Shown here: positions 46,301-59,526 of the stretch, one piece after another
How the letters are laid out: every line of letters begins with the position of its first letter
Numbering within the stretch: position 1 is the first letter of the stretch
From: Podarcis pityusensis
Taxonomy: Eukaryota
DNA length: 64,000 nt
Assembly (NCBI GenBank): GCA_964106645.2
Contig: OZ067039.1
Reading direction: 5' to 3' (one strand)
Translations under genes and position numbers: made by a program
The notes under the pieces: model-generated
Seen by the model: only the letters and a program-made list of their open reading frames with translations
Databases searched by the model: none
What the model was told of the DNA's origin: nothing

Positions 46301-49300
46301 ATTATTTTTGAACTTGGATTAATATAGTTTTCTATTTTTTAATAAAGCTTGGGCCATTCAAAAGAAGAACCTGATGCCTTGCCCGACTCTCTTAATACTG
46401 TCATCCTGCCTTTCACCTGTATGTCGTACACTGCCACAAATCAGGATTTTGTGCAACATCTCTCTGCTTTGATAGCAGATGCTGTGGAAAGTGCACCCTC
46501 TTTCTCAGTGGAAACTCAAAATACAGGGAACCTTTTGAGTGATTCCAGAGTTGCAGATACTGAAGATGGCTATTTTGAAATGGGGCTTCATGAAGGGGAC
46601 AATGTATTTGAGTTCATCCCTACATCAGATATTGTGCAAATAGCTTCTGACAGCACAAAAACAGAGCCGGATGACATAGTCAAAGTTCTCTGGAGCTTTT
46701 GTATTCAGGTTCATAAAGGACTCAAGCAGTTTGCTTCCTGTTTGGTTTTGACCAATAGTGTGGTAGCTGTATTTGAAATCCCTCAAGATCCCAAAGGAAA
46801 CTGCCAGAATATTCTTTCTGCCTTGAAATTAGCACTGTGCTTTCCATATTCTGACCTTACAGAATTTGGCTTTTTAATACCAGAAATATGTTTGACACTC
46901 AAGGTAAATAATGGCGATACCTGCTTGTTTGTTGTTTCGGACTCTCAGAATCTGCAAGATTTCTATTCCTGTTTACATATGTCTCGCTCTCAGAGCTGTA
47001 CGCCTGCTTTAACAAGTTCTGTACTGTACTGTGGCAAAGCAAGTTTGCAAGAATTTGTCTACCAGCTTATGGGATTTTATCACATTTCATCTGAAAACAC
47101 AGAGATAAAGGGTTGTTTCCCTGCCTACCTTTTCTGCCGTAATAAAGCTGATGCTCAGAAAGTCTTGTGTCAGCTAGAATCTGCCAGTGATGGCAAAACT
47201 TCCTCTAAACACGTTGGTTGTTCTGCACTTTATTCAACATTTCATAAATCTGCCGAAGAGGGCCACTGCATGTTCCATCCCTGTTGGATATTTCTAACAC
47301 CCCAACACCTACACATCGTTCAAGTTGACTTTAATGTACTGCCAGGTAAATACATAGACTCTGAGAACGCAAGGAGCATATTCAAGCTGAGCAGGATTCC
47401 ACTAGCTTCTGTTCTCTTGCACCCTGCCAGCCATTCTATTCAGCAAGAAGGTTCGTTTTCAGATGGCCATGTGCTTGAATTGCTCGTTGGCTACAGATTT
47501 GTCACAGCTGTATTTGTCCTACCTCATGAAAAATTCCGTTTTCTAAGAATCTACGGTCTTCTGAGGACACTTTTACAAGACATCAAAACTATAATTATTT
47601 TCAAAGCAGAATCTGTAAGAAACCCTCTCTGGGACTCCAAGAAACATGGCCAAACTGCAAGGTGAGGAAAACTGTTTTGAATGTCACTCATCGCAGCGTG
47701 GCTATAATACTAGCCATCTCCAAAAATTTAGCCATATATGTGTGTTTAAAATTGCAGTATGGGAGGATGGGAACAAACCTGTAGGCCCCAGCTTTCTGGC
47801 ATATTTTTGTTTTTCAGCTGCATCCCCTTCTGCATGCCAGGGTCTGGACTTCTGCTGCTCTTCTACTACTCGTGCAGGTTCTCTGTATGATTTAGACTCC
47901 TGGAAGATGAAGCTTCTATCTAAATCACACAGGGAGCCTACTCTGGTATGGCAGGCTCCCCAGTTCAGAACTTAGCCCTAAAATGCATAGCGGGCTGCAG
48001 AGCTAATTGACAGAAATGTGATGGAGGGGACTGGGCCAACAAGTTGGTCACCTTCCTCCCTGTTGTGTCATTGTAATCACATACTGAAAAAGAGCTAGTG
48101 AGAACTTCTTGTCTGTGAAGAAGGCTTGCCGTGAACTGAGCAATGAGTATTCTATAAATTGCCAGTTTGATGACCTCTCTCTCTTGTGGTTTACAAAATG
48201 CTGCACAATATTACAGAGGAGGTGTACATCTTGGGAAGAGTTCAATAAGTAAAACAGTTAAGATGCGCCAGGGTGTTAAAACTGCACAATTAATGTATGG
48301 TCAGTCGTATAAAAGTGCAGGAGGCAAAGGGATGGGTTTAAGGGTAAGCTTGTGATTTGTTTAGTCTTTAAGCAACTGCATCACACTGTTGGCTCCTGTT
48401 CAGCTGTGATCAACTAAGACACCTAGGACCCTTTAACATAAACTTTTCAGCTTGGATTAAGGGTCATGATCCTGAGATCTAGATAGGAAGTATTTTAAGC
48501 AGAGGCGGGACAGTCGTCTTTCAGTGAGTCTGTAGTTGCATCCTGCACTAAGCAGGAAATTGGACTAGTTGACCACCAAGGTTCCTTTCAAATCTGAGTC
48601 TGTAAGTTTGAATGAAATTGTGTTTCATTCATTTGTGTTTGCCTCTGACAGTGTATATTCATCTCTCTTTGTTCCCAGCTTATGCAAGCCACATTTGCCA
48701 TTCTCATCTTTGTATCCATCTGAATTTCTGGTGCAGAAAATTACTGAAGAGAACCAAATACCTGTGCACCTTCCAGTCTCTTCATCTCTTCAGTATGTGG
48801 CTGGGCTAAAGGGAAAATCCATTATGGAATTTTTCCACAGCAGCATTGCTGAGGTATTGTACAATACACAGGGAAGGGACATTCCTGATGGTAGAGGTTA
48901 CAGAAGTCTAGGCATGTTATTCTGCTGCAAAAAAGCTAAATTGTCCTCTAGCACCTTGAAAACTAACTGGTTTATGGTGGCATGAATTTTCATGCGCAAT
49001 ATATGTTCAAGATACATTTTGTCTTACATAATAGTTTTTTCTGTGGAGGGAGAAAATGATAATAGAAATAGGGCTGATGACTTCTGATTTTACTATCATT
49101 AATATTATAATGTCATATGGCAATAGATGGGATTTTGTATTGCTCTAAAATCAAATAGACCAGACAACAGCAAGGACAATAAATTTATCATATTTACAAG
49201 TTGCATTTTAAAGAACGTAACTCCCACAACTCTCAACAGTTGTGAATATTCTGTTGTTGTTGATGATGATGATGATGGTGATGATTTGACCATTTGGGTT

Positions 49301-52300
49301 CACTCATCACAGCAGCATCAAAATTGTTATTCCACTTCCACCAATAGTGAGAGCTAAACTTTGGTACAGTATATGTATTAACTAATGGGCATTTAAAAGT
49401 CTGAAAATGGGAACACTCTTAGGTCCAATGGTAAAAACTCTGGATGTTAAAGAGTATTTCATAATACTGATGGATGCAAACCAAAACCACAAACAGTAGG
49501 AAAATGTGGATCCACGGGAATTCTTGCTCCACATGTTTAATCATTCCTCAGTATGTTATATCAATAGGGGAGATTTCCAGTGGCAAACAGGCATTCCAAC
49601 TCTATGATTGCATGAATTTCTTCCCGAACTGAAGCTATACTCTCCAGCAATTGAATATGAACATTTAGTAAAGTGGGTTAGAAAGGACTCGCATTTTATA
49701 ACTATTGACAATGAAACTGCATCCAGACACTTAAAATAGTTGATTAATTGCGTTGTCAATATTTTAGGTGGAAAACGAAGAGCTGAGGCATCTCATGTGG
49801 TCATCTGTTCTGTTTTATAAAGCTCCTGATATGGAAGCAACAGCTTGTGTTCTGCTCTCAACTAAAGCTATTTACTTCTTGTTAGACGATTCCGTGAGTC
49901 ATTCTAACGAACGCCACTTCGGTAAGGCAGAATATATAATCCCTGGCTTCTAATAATGTTTTCAAGGAGAAGTGATTTTAGATTGGAGCAACTTCCATAT
50001 TCTTGACATTCATTGTATGATGAACCATTTTGACTAATGAATTAGAATGGGTGGTATCCTTTGGAAGGATCCCGCTCCCCCAGAATAAGCTCTGTGTGTG
50101 CCATGATTTTCTACGAGTGCAAAAAAATGGCATTGGGGTTAGAAGATACAAAAAGGAGATTCATTACCTTTTTTCAATGTTGAATAATTATTTAAGGCCA
50201 CTCTTGGAACAGAACTGCATGCCATGAGGCAAGGAGGTTTGGGAACACTGTGTTTTTCTTGTAATTCTAATGCGGGGGGGGGGGTAAGGAGGCATTTGCA
50301 AAAGAGAACTGGCAGGTGGAAATATAGTTCTTAAGTTTGCTGAGCTGTGAATTCTCCCCATAACCCTTCCCACAAGACTGTATTCAGCTATCTCCCCACC
50401 ACCACCACCACCAGCAGCTAGCTGCAAGGGCAAAATATAATTGGGGAGTGGTCTACAGAGGAGAGCAGGGAGGTTGCTGCTTGTTTATTTTCCTTTACAA
50501 ATGCTATTACAGTGGTACCTCGGGTTAAGTACTTAATTCTGGAGGTCTGTTCTTAACCTGAAACTGTTCTTAACCTGAAGCACCACTTTAGCTAATGGGG
50601 CCTCCAGCTGCCGCCGCGCCGCTGCTGTGCGATTTCTGTTCTCATCCTGAAGCAAAGTTCTTAACCCGAGGTACTATTTCTGGGTTAGCAGAGTATGTAA
50701 CCTGAAGCGTCTGTAACCTGAGGTACCACTGTACTCCTATTACCTCAGCAAACATGGGTAGGGAACCCATTTTTGCTAGGGCAGTACAAAGTTCCACCTT
50801 TAGTAGGGGGTTAGTTCTATTTTTTCTTAAAAAAAAAAAAAAAAGTTGCACTGACTAGTGAACCTTCTCTTCTGAGATCTTAAAACGACCTTCACATTTC
50901 TTCTCATAAAATTACCAAACTTCTTAAATACTATCCAATAATCAATTTAACAGATTTTTGGAGCAATGGACAATTGGACTATGAATTCAGTTCTTTCCAT
51001 CTGTCTTACTGCTTGGTCCTAAAATTAAATGATCTCCACTCAGTGAACATTGGACTTTTTGATCAGTATTTTCGACTTGCTGGTAAGTAAATTTATTTTC
51101 CATTTCCCTTTCTCTCTTCTCCTTCTGTTCCCCTCCCACCATCAAACTCATAAGTTCCTGAAAAGTACTAGTGCACTGATAGTGCCTGTAAGTCCAGTTT
51201 ATCATAACCATTCAGTCTTGCACACTGTAGTTCCAGTTTATCATAACCATTTGGTCTTATATACTCAGTTAATGATATTTATCTATAGCCTGCCTGGCGT
51301 TAGTTTAGCATTGGCATAGCTAAAGTTCTGCACATTTTCAAACACTGGTGCATCTTACTGAAAATGTCTAGTTTTAGTAGAGACATCTTGCCGGTAAAAG
51401 TATGATTTTCAAAGAATTGTTGCCGTATTGCCTGTACAGTGGGGCAGTGCTCATCAGAGGTTTGGTATTGAGTGTTTAGGAAGGAAACAGACAAACCCTG
51501 CTAATAAAAACCTAAGATTTGGCCCAGTGGACATATAGCCTCTGTTAAACAGAAAGAAAGAAAGAAACCTACACAAAATGTTGCAAAATTGTAATAGCAC
51601 TTGAAGCACATTTGATTCTGTCTTGTTTTCAGGGCGTTCAGCTGAACATATATTAACTTGTCTAACCAGAGACAGTTACAGCACTCATGCTTTTATTCAA
51701 CACCTTATGGCAGTGCTCTCACTACTGGCAAGGACACCATCCCCAGAGCCAGTGGACAAAGACTTCTACTCTGAATTTGGAAAGAAAAATACAGGTAAAT
51801 TTTTATGGAAACGTTTTACTTAATAGGACCTATAAATATATTTTGCCATACTGTTCTAGAGTATGCAATATACATTAGATGTGTTAAGATCCTTCTTTTT
51901 AAGGAAAATGCAGTGCGTTTAGCACATTATTTGGCCAATAATGGAAATTGTAATTTGAGACCAAGGAGGAGACCACCCTTTATCAGTAAATGTCATCTAT
52001 CTTTATTAAAAATGTATGTAAAAGGAGGCAAACACCTGCAGCTTTTGTTAGAATTTTAGGCTCAGGCTTCAATCCATTCACAGTTACTAGGGAGTAAGTC
52101 CCTTTGAACTCAGTGGTGCTGGTTTCCAAGTATACACATATAGGCTGTAGTCCTGAATATGAAGCGTGGCAAATGTGGAACAATTCCCACAGACAGGCCC
52201 ATTCTAAGCTTTCAATCTTCTGTGAAGCCATTACATTTGGTAGCTAGTGTATTCTGACATGTCTAGGCAGGTTCACTTCAGGCCCGCTTTTCCTTACCTA

Positions 52301-54812
52301 GAGAGATCTGGCAGCTTGTACTTTCCCAAGTTCTTGCATGCAGTTGTACCCTTCCTTTTCCTGAGAGTAGCCTGAGTGCAGTGGCCTTGGAGAAGAAAGA
52401 GCTGTTGGATGCTCCTCAGTAAGTATGGGGTGACTTCAGATTGACACAAATCGTTTAGCCAGGGGATTGAACTCTTGGCATGCCTACTTTGACAAAGCTT
52501 TCCTTCTTTTCGCAATACAGTTTTAATCTGTCCCTAATTTGACTTGGAAATCCAGACAATTGCAGCATGAAAATCTGAATTTTGAAAATCCAGTGTGAAT
52601 AGTATTCAAACTATTTAGCTCTTCACTGTAAAATCCGGTTCAGAACTCAACCTCCTGCCACATCTTAAGCCATTTGTCCTGTTGGTTACATCATCCCTGT
52701 CTTATAGTAAATCAGAATTCAGCTGGGAATCCTTTGGGCAATGCAGTCAGTGACGCTGAAATCAGTATGGAAGTTCAGCCTAAACAGATGTATTCATTAA
52801 GCACTGATTGTCAATCTTTTCCTTTACCTGAATGAAAATAGAGTTAAAAAGAACAGATACGGGTGTGTTAATGTTAAACTACAAAAGGGCATTCCACCCA
52901 TCAGTACATCATGTACATAAAATTACCTCTAATGTGAGTCACTGAGAGAATGGGGGGGGGGGGGGGTTTAGCAAAATATAAGCTCATGGTGAAGAACATT
53001 TCTAGCAATCCTGTTCTAAGGATTTAGGAAAATAAATTGTGATTGGGTAGAGTCTGGCGGGTTAGAAAAGGGAAGATGCAAAAGCAGATGGAAATGAATA
53101 GCCTTAATTGTCTGAGTTTTCTTTTTCTTTTTGCTGATCTAAACACTGTACCCATTTAGATTTTCCTCTTTCTCCGTCCCTGCCATGCAAAAAGCCCAAC
53201 TTATTACATATACAAAATTAACAGGATGGAAGGATTCCAGTCTTCTGACGCAGTACTTTTCTATGTGCAAGAAGCTTTCCCCCACCTGCTGGCTGAAGTA
53301 GTACAATCCCGTGACTCCTGCACCATGTGATTTCTTTGCATGTGTAGAGAGGGTATGAATAGTGTTTCTGGCAATGCTAAACAAGTATAGAACTTAACTG
53401 AAAAGCACAAAAAATACTGGGGTAGAGGGGAGCATCTGGGATTATGCTGACAACTGTATTTTTAGCACTCTTCCGCACCCCCTCCTGAGTAAATTCCAAG
53501 AATGAAAGAGGAAGTTGAAAAGTTAGGCCAACAAAAATGTTTACCATCAGCAGTTAACTTCTTTTAAAAAGTGTTATATATAATTTATTGATACTTAGCA
53601 TGAGCTTAGTTTGTCTGACTAGGCCTGGGAAAATTGTAAATCAGATCCCCACTCAGCCATGAAGCTCACACTGGGTGGCCTTCGACCAGTTGCTACCTTT
53701 CAGTCTGACCTCACAGACTTGCTGTGAGGGTACAGTGAGCAAGGGAATAACCATGTATACTACCCTAAGCATCTTGGAGAAAGGGGCAGGGACTAAACTG
53801 CAATCTTAAAAGGCATGTAATTTAGTATGTTCAAAGTGCTTCCCATACATTATTTCAATGTTCCTTAAAATAGTACTGGCCTGCTTGATGTGATTACCAT
53901 CATATTACATGTGGGGGACTGAGGCTGAGAGGGAATGACTTGCCTAAGACATCTAATGAATGCATGGCAGAGGTGAGATTTGAATCAGTGACTTCTAGTT
54001 CACTGGTGCCTATTTTAATATTTACCAGAGTATCCACATCACTCCAAGTTTCAGTTTGAAAGCCTGTTGTTAATATTACAGATAAAAACATTCTGTGTGA
54101 CTTTTAGCCTAACTTTTTAGTTGCTTCCTTGGTAGAATTATTTTAATAAGTGCAGACTATAAATTGTGTATTTCTGCTTACAGGGAAAATGGAGAATTAT
54201 GAACTGATTCATTCTAGTAGAGTGAAGTTCATATATCCCAATGAAGAAGAAATTGGGGACCTTGCCTTTCTAGTAGCAGAGAAGATGAACTGTGTGATTA
54301 ACTTCCAGTCTCTGAATATACTTCTCTATGTGCTAGCGTTTCAAGTGAATGCTACAGAAGGGACTGCTCAATCCAACAGCTCACTTCAACCTAAAACGCT
54401 GATCTTAACCAGCTCGGATATGTTTCTTTTCAATGAGGATTACATCAGTTATCCACTTCCTGAATTTGCTAAAGAACCGCCAAAGAAAGACAAGTATCAA
54501 CTTGCAGATGGAAGAAGGATCCGGGATTTAGACAGAGTGCTCATGGGATATCAGACGTATCCGCAGGCGCTCACGTTTGTTTTTGATGACATTCAGAATC
54601 AAGATCTCATGCAGAACCTGACCCTTGATCACTTTGACAATGTTCTCAGTTTTCCTAAAGGGCAGGTCACCCAGGAAGGCAGCAGCAGTCGAGAGGTCCT
54701 GTGGTGTGTCTTTATCCCAAGTCCAGAAAGCCGCGAGAAACTAATATCTCTCCTTGCTAGGCAGTGGGAGATCTTATGTGGTCGAGAGCTACCTTTGGAG
54801 CTCACTGGGTAG
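22262..54812 (+). CDS. NISCH: Nischarin (PX domain, leucine-rich repeats, C-terminal region); 21 exons, 4257 nt, 1418 aa
   Basis: All 21 exons are AG/GT bounded and phase-consistent; recognisable motifs [38 protein letters not shown], LRRs, [49 protein letters not shown]. Confidence 0.97.
24306..24552. mobile_element. Tc1/mariner MITE with a different internal sequence
   Basis: TA-cagtggtacctc...aggtatgactg-TA; internal tgcgcatgcg palindromes. Confidence 0.8.
28600..29280 (+). mobile_element. Degraded L1/Tx1-type LINE ORF2 3' fragment (approximate bounds)
   Basis: 28906-29106 reads WEDDL...WDQIW...[27 protein letters not shown], resembling the Cys-rich C-terminal domain of L1-clade ORF2. 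Confidence 0.65.
29768..29851 (+). CDS. NISCH: NISCH exon 2 (PX)
   Basis: [28 protein letters not shown]. Confidence 0.96.
30290..30340. repeat. (GAAGA/GAAAA)n microsatellite
   Basis: Read directly from sequence. Confidence 0.9.
31402..31584 (+). CDS. NISCH: NISCH exon 3 (PX)
   Basis: [22 protein letters not shown]...FLHFHLY. Confidence 0.96.
32727..32775 (+). CDS. NISCH: NISCH exon 4
   Basis: [16 protein letters not shown](G). Confidence 0.94.
33744..33907 (+). CDS. NISCH: NISCH exon 5
   Basis: [10 protein letters not shown]...[16 protein letters not shown]. Confidence 0.96.
34804..35162 (+). mobile_element. Sauria SINE (CpG-rich, young, different subfamily)
   Basis: gggacgcgggtggcgctgtggg...acctttacctttacc; perfect target-site duplication tgccatgactt. 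Confidence 0.92.
35688..35783 (+). CDS. NISCH: NISCH exon 6
   Basis: [32 protein letters not shown]. Confidence 0.95.
36645..36740 (+). CDS. NISCH: NISCH exon 7
   Basis: [32 protein letters not shown]. Confidence 0.92.
37129..37281 (+). CDS. NISCH: NISCH exon 8
   Basis: [17 protein letters not shown]...[15 protein letters not shown]. Confidence 0.96.
37702..37770 (+). CDS. NISCH: NISCH exon 9 (LRR)
   Basis: [23 protein letters not shown]. Confidence 0.95.
38080..38265 (+). CDS. NISCH: NISCH exon 10 (LRR)
   Basis: [15 protein letters not shown]...[13 protein letters not shown]. Confidence 0.96.
39080..39208 (+). CDS. NISCH: NISCH exon 11
   Basis: [43 protein letters not shown]. Confidence 0.96.
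39720..39833 (+). CDS. NISCH: NISCH exon 12
   Basis: [26 protein letters not shown]...DKK. Confidence 0.96.
40150..40400 (+). mobile_element. Degraded L2 LINE fragment
   Basis: LDY..G....LVQNA.A.L...H.T.VL.ELH.. pattern typical of the L2 ORF2 C-terminus. Confidence 0.6.
41611..41719 (+). CDS. NISCH: NISCH exon 13
   Basis: [36 protein letters not shown]; strong acceptor. Confidence 0.9.
42080..42476 (+). mobile_element. Sauria SINE
   Basis: Same head and body, (cctta)n tail. Confidence 0.88.
44285..44403 (+). CDS. NISCH: NISCH exon 14
   Basis: (E)[30 protein letters not shown]...RNQ; phase 1 to 0 fits neighbours. Confidence 0.8.
44564..44697. other. Assembly gap (134 N) in NISCH intron 14
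   Basis: Run of N. Confidence 1.
45141..45310. mobile_element. hAT-like MITE
   Basis: tagggttgccata...tatggcaaccata inverted ends. Confidence 0.6.
45816..45871 (+). CDS. NISCH: NISCH exon 15
   Basis: [18 protein letters not shown](C); needed to bridge phase 0 to 2; poorly conserved. Confidence 0.7.
46348..47661 (+). CDS. NISCH: NISCH exon 16 (large, 1314 nt)
   Basis: 438-aa ORF with [16 protein letters not shown] and [25 protein letters not shown]; donor AG|gtgagg. Confidence 0.96.
48679..48853 (+). CDS. NISCH: NISCH exon 17
   Basis: [28 protein letters not shown]...FHSSIAE. Confidence 0.93.
49768..49921 (+). CDS. NISCH: NISCH exon 18
   Basis: [17 protein letters not shown]...[13 protein letters not shown]. 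Confidence 0.96.
50510..50731. mobile_element. Tc1/mariner (Tigger-like) MITE
   Basis: Same family as 15611-15852. Confidence 0.9.
50954..51082 (+). CDS. NISCH: NISCH exon 19
   Basis: (D)[10 protein letters not shown]...[21 protein letters not shown](G). Confidence 0.94.
51633..51794 (+). CDS. NISCH: NISCH exon 20
   Basis: [18 protein letters not shown]...[20 protein letters not shown]. Confidence 0.96.
54184..54812 (+). CDS. NISCH: NISCH exon 21 (last coding)
   Basis: [15 protein letters not shown]...[13 protein letters not shown]. Confidence 0.97.
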
Positions 54813-55578
54813 TTTTATTTTTTTCAAATATTTTAGTTACTGCAGAGCTGATAGAGGTCAGGCCGAAGACTATGATGACTTAAAGCACAGCATTGATTGA
54901 ATTAAGCAGGGATTGGCACTCTCTTCACAGAAACATATTACATTGAAGTTTCCTGTGTGTTGCTGTTATAATTCCTTGTGCAGTGAAGAGGTTTTAATAG
55001 TACAACCAATCTGCTAAAACATTAAAACTGGAATTTTCTAAACTATATTTTTATGTAACAGTACACATTCAGATTCCTTATTAAGCATCCCAGGCAACTG
55101 TATGGAACAAAAGGAGTCAATACTTGGCATACTTTCATTAGGACTGTTATGTTTCCACTGTGGTTTTTGTACATATATATCAGTCTTGCTATTCTATACA
55201 AGATATGTAAATAATGGTAACTAAAAATGCTTGAGCTATGTCAAAGTGCAATGTTCTTTGTTCAAGATGTATTTTATTGCCTATGCTGCTAACAATTATT
55301 TAATAATCCTTATAATTTTTACATTTCATTCTTTTATGATGTGTCAAATTTAATTTTGTTTGCTAATCATGAACATGATGGAAGAATTCACCTATAACTG
55401 AAAGTTACTGTTACATCCGATGGACACTTTTAAACAGTTGAGAAAAGTTATCAATTTCAGTTCACTAATGCAGACAAAGGTTGGCCAGGATTGACAATAA
55501 TTGCCCTGTTGCCAACAAATCAAAGGATACTTGTCATTCAGAGCACTGTGTTTTTCTGTTGCCAAGTTTCTCAATACA

Positions 55579-55818
55579 AATAAACCAAAATTTGTGTTTC
55601 TGACTTTCCATGATTTTGCTCACAGTGCAGGTCAGTTGTGCATTTATCTTTCTAATGAGCCTTTAGCCCTGTGTAGGAAGCCTCAAAGGCAAAGGAAATT
55701 TTCTGAAGAGACCATCATAGCAAATAATCCAAGTCATGGGCAGTTCCTTCCAGGGGAAGCTTTCATAAAAGGGACTGAGCCTATATGATTATTTTGTCTA
55801 TGTGGCATACTCAATAAA
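55579..55818 (+). terminator. Candidate NISCH polyadenylation signals
   Basis: AATAAA at 55579-55584 and 55813-55818 after an AU-rich 3' UTR. Confidence 0.5.
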
Positions 55819-56010
55819 AACCCATTGCAAAATGCTTGGACTTCACCAATTTGCATTCTTTCAAGATCAGAATGATTCCTTTGGTATCCACTTTTCTCTT
55901 GCATAATCTGGCAGATATACTAATTATGCCAAACATTATTAGGAGCATATTTCATAATGGGAAATAAAAGAAGGGAAATATTCCCTCAAGTGAAATGATA
56001 GTTCTGTATA

Positions 56011-56226
56011 CAGTGGTACCTCGGGTTAAGAACTTAATTTGTTCTGGAGGTCCGTTCTTTACCTGAAACTGTTCTTAACCTAAAGCACCACTTTAGCTAA
56101 TGGGGCCTCGCGCTGCTGCCACACGATTTCTGTTCTCATCCTGAACCAAGGTACCTTAACCCGAGGTACTATTTCTGAGTTAGCGGAGTCTGTAACCTGA
56201 AGCATCTGTAACCCAAGGTACCACTG
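56011..56226. mobile_element. Tc1/mariner (Tigger-like) MITE
   Basis: Same family as 15611-15852. Confidence 0.9.
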
Positions 56227-59200
56227 TAGTTGAAATGGGCAACATTAGGGACAACTAACTGCTTAAGTGTTCATTAAGCTCTCTTTTATTTTGTGTGGAA
56301 AGGAATGTAGAACTTTTCCAAAAGTAGATATTGAAATGATGCTTACAAAAAGAATGGTTGATACCCTGTTGTAGCGACCTTGCACAATGGCCATTCCACT
56401 ACCATCATTCTTAGGATAGTGCAACAGCTAAATACAAGTGTCTTGCAATTCTGAACGGTTGTGCAACACATGGCACAACTGCTGTTATGATTATACTCTG
56501 ATAATTAAGCTTGCACACTACCACGTGTGCAATGTCAGTTCTCTAAAAGTTCTTGTGCTAACATCATTTTGGATCTCCCATGATATATTTAAATAGAATT
56601 TGGGAATGGGGGGAACTCTTCCACTCTAGATAGCAGGAAACTGGCCAATTGTTTCTAGCACACTTGAATTCTAGGGGATGAAGTATTTCTAGCTCAGATG
56701 CAAGTTATCATAGAATTCCTTCTTTTATATACCATGATCACAAATCTCCAGATGAGGTTAGCAGCTCTTCGGCCCACAAAGAATAGAATGATTTCCACGA
56801 CAGAATTAAACATCTTTAGTTCCACAAGTGCAGCCTTTGGGTGGCCCTGAATGAGTTTACTGGAACTTGGGAACAATGGAGTACAGGGTATCAGTGAATA
56901 CTGTCCATGTTATGCCAAGCCACTTGCCAGTACTGTATAGTGTTAGTACTTTCAGTGCTTTTCAACTACTTGAAAGGATCACTTCTCCCTACAACACTTG
57001 GTAATAAGTTAAAAGAATGGAGAGCTGGACTTGTCTCTCAAGCACAAATCATACCCTTTTAGAGGTTTGCTGTCCTAGATGAGTTCTGACTCTACTGGCT
57101 CAAGAGCTCAAAGTCACATGCAGTTGTTCACACAATAACCTTCCTCACAAGGTTCTGTTTTTCACTAATGAAGCTGAGCTATAATTTAGTTGGTTTATTC
57201 TTAATTATATCCTTTTCTCTCTCCCTGCCTCAGATAACTTATGCAGTCAGACTATTATGAACTGAATAGAAATGTTTCCTCAAATTTAAAATACGGGATT
57301 TTAACAATTTTTCTCAGCTGACCTTAGGAATTTGTAGACCTCAGAAAATCACACAGGATAATGTACATTTTATGGTATACCTTAAGTCTTGGCAGTCTTT
57401 AATTTTTGTCAAGACTATATAAACACAAGGTTTCAATTGCAGGAAACTGCCAAAGCTAATTGGAGATTGCAAATGCTTCACAAAATAATGGTTTTCTAGC
57501 CCAGCACTTTCTCCAAGTACTTGAAAAATGAAACTGCTTTTGTGTATGAAGGAGGGAGAGGACCAAGATCCAACAACTACACACACACAGGGAGAGGGGG
57601 ATAAACAATGCCTGAAGCCAGAGCTTTGCTTTCTGTTTCTACACCACCACTGCTGAAGAGAAAAGCCACTAACATTGAACCAACGGCTTGTCTTGGGCTG
57701 TGGAAATACTGTGGTGGTGGCAGTATCAAACAACATTCCAGCTATGTGTGCAAAGTTGACTCTCTCCTCTGTTGCGTTTCCTGCATATCTCAATCCATTC
57801 CTGTCAACCCCCTGCTCTGCTGTGCAAAGAATGACAAGATACTGCCATTTGTCATAAATATTAAAGGACATTATTTAAATTCAGGGATCACACTAGAAGA
57901 TTCACTACAACAAATATGGCTTTATCGGTTGACATACTGCCCTATGCAAGTTTGTGTATATGTGAAACTGGGGTGGGAATGTGTGGTCCAGATGTTATCT
58001 CCTTCCTTCTATCAGCCCCATCCAGCATGGTCAGGGATGATGAAAGTTGCGGAGGGCCATAGGTTTCCATCCATGCTGTTGAATTGCATTAAGTATTAAA
58101 TAGGCTGTTGAAGTGAATATACTAACATATAAAATGAAGGCTGAAATCTAAAGCAGTGGCAAGGAACTTGTGACCTCTCAGATGTTGGTTTTCCAACTCT
58201 GGTCATCTCTGACCATTGACCATGCTGGTTGGGGTTGATGGGAGTTGGACTCCATTATCTGGAGGGCCACAGGTATACAACTAATGATCTAACACTAATG
58301 GTCCCAGAGCATGGTTGAAATGTACATGATGATGCTTGGAAACTAGTCCAAGTCTGGTCAGTGCCCAAATGGTAGATCTTTCGAGAACTCTAGGCATGTA
58401 CCATACCTAGAGATCCATGCTGGACAAAAGGTGGGGAACCAATTAAATACATTTAAAAAACCTATTTGCTTTTCTTTTGTAGACTCCCAGTATTCCATAA
58501 ACTACTTCTAAAAGTCATTCACAGAGGAACTACTGTTCAGTTAACACATCTGTAGCCCCCTTGGGTGTTCAGAACTAGCTGTGAGGCTTTTTGGACCCTG
58601 GTCATTATGTTCATGAGGTGTACATTCTAACTGTATAATTTAATAACATAATCCAGCCATTTTGCTTTGTAATTGTTCTCTCCAATGTTATAATTGTGAT
58701 GGGATATGAATATTCTATGTAGAAATCAACTAAAAAGAGGTTCAGATATATTAGGGAAGTTGAATGTGGGGGGAGCCTGTATGTGTGGTGTCTTTGGCAG
58801 CAAGGTCCATTTCAAAATTGGCCCAAGATAACATATATTTTATCACTCCATATATTTGGGGAAAACACTATAGGGATTAATCTTGCTGTCACTAACATGT
58901 CTAAGAAATAGTTGAGGCATTTTAGAGAGAAACTATCTTAATAAGAGTTTTGTGAAGATGATCCCACACATTTTTAAAATACCCCCCCCCAATATTTCTC
59001 AAATATGGCATGTAGTTTCTTTATTTTTTGAACAGTGGAAGCCTATTAAATGGCAGTAAAAACACAAAAACCCTGAAACAATTTGATCATACTATATTAA
59101 TTTCCCATCTGAATCAAGATCCAATCTAGTTCAGCCTTCAGCTTTACTTCACAAGAATATGATTAGCATACTCCTTTCCATACCGCTGAAAACGAAGGAT

Positions 59201-59526
59201 TTCCTTCCTTCTGTTTTGAACTGATATGTGAGAGGAAATACATAGACGTTTCTGTTTTGAGCAAACTTTTTCCCCCTCAGGATCATTTTTGCACCTCTGC
59301 TTTCTCCCCACTTTAAAATATCTGCTGACTGACAATTCATGCTCAGTCAAAGCAATGCTGCTTTTGTATACTTTGGAATAAGAGACTCGCAGCATGCAAA
59401 AGCTTTTTCTCTGTTTACGTTTAACTTCTGGTTTTCTTGGATCTGAGTCTTAGTAGGCGGTGTTATCTTGAAGAAACAGCATCTTCCACATCTCCCTTTA
59501 AGCACTGGGGTCTTTTCAATCGAGGC

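Noticed and set aside
51190-51252. Short spaced direct repeats (also 6671-6723, 33550-33590, 40607-40655)
   Set aside because: Two-copy local duplications in introns; not CRISPR or functional arrays.
57341-58099. Antiparallel 176-aa and 163-aa ORFs between NISCH and STAB1
   Set aside because: No recognisable homology or exon signals; treated as chance ORFs.
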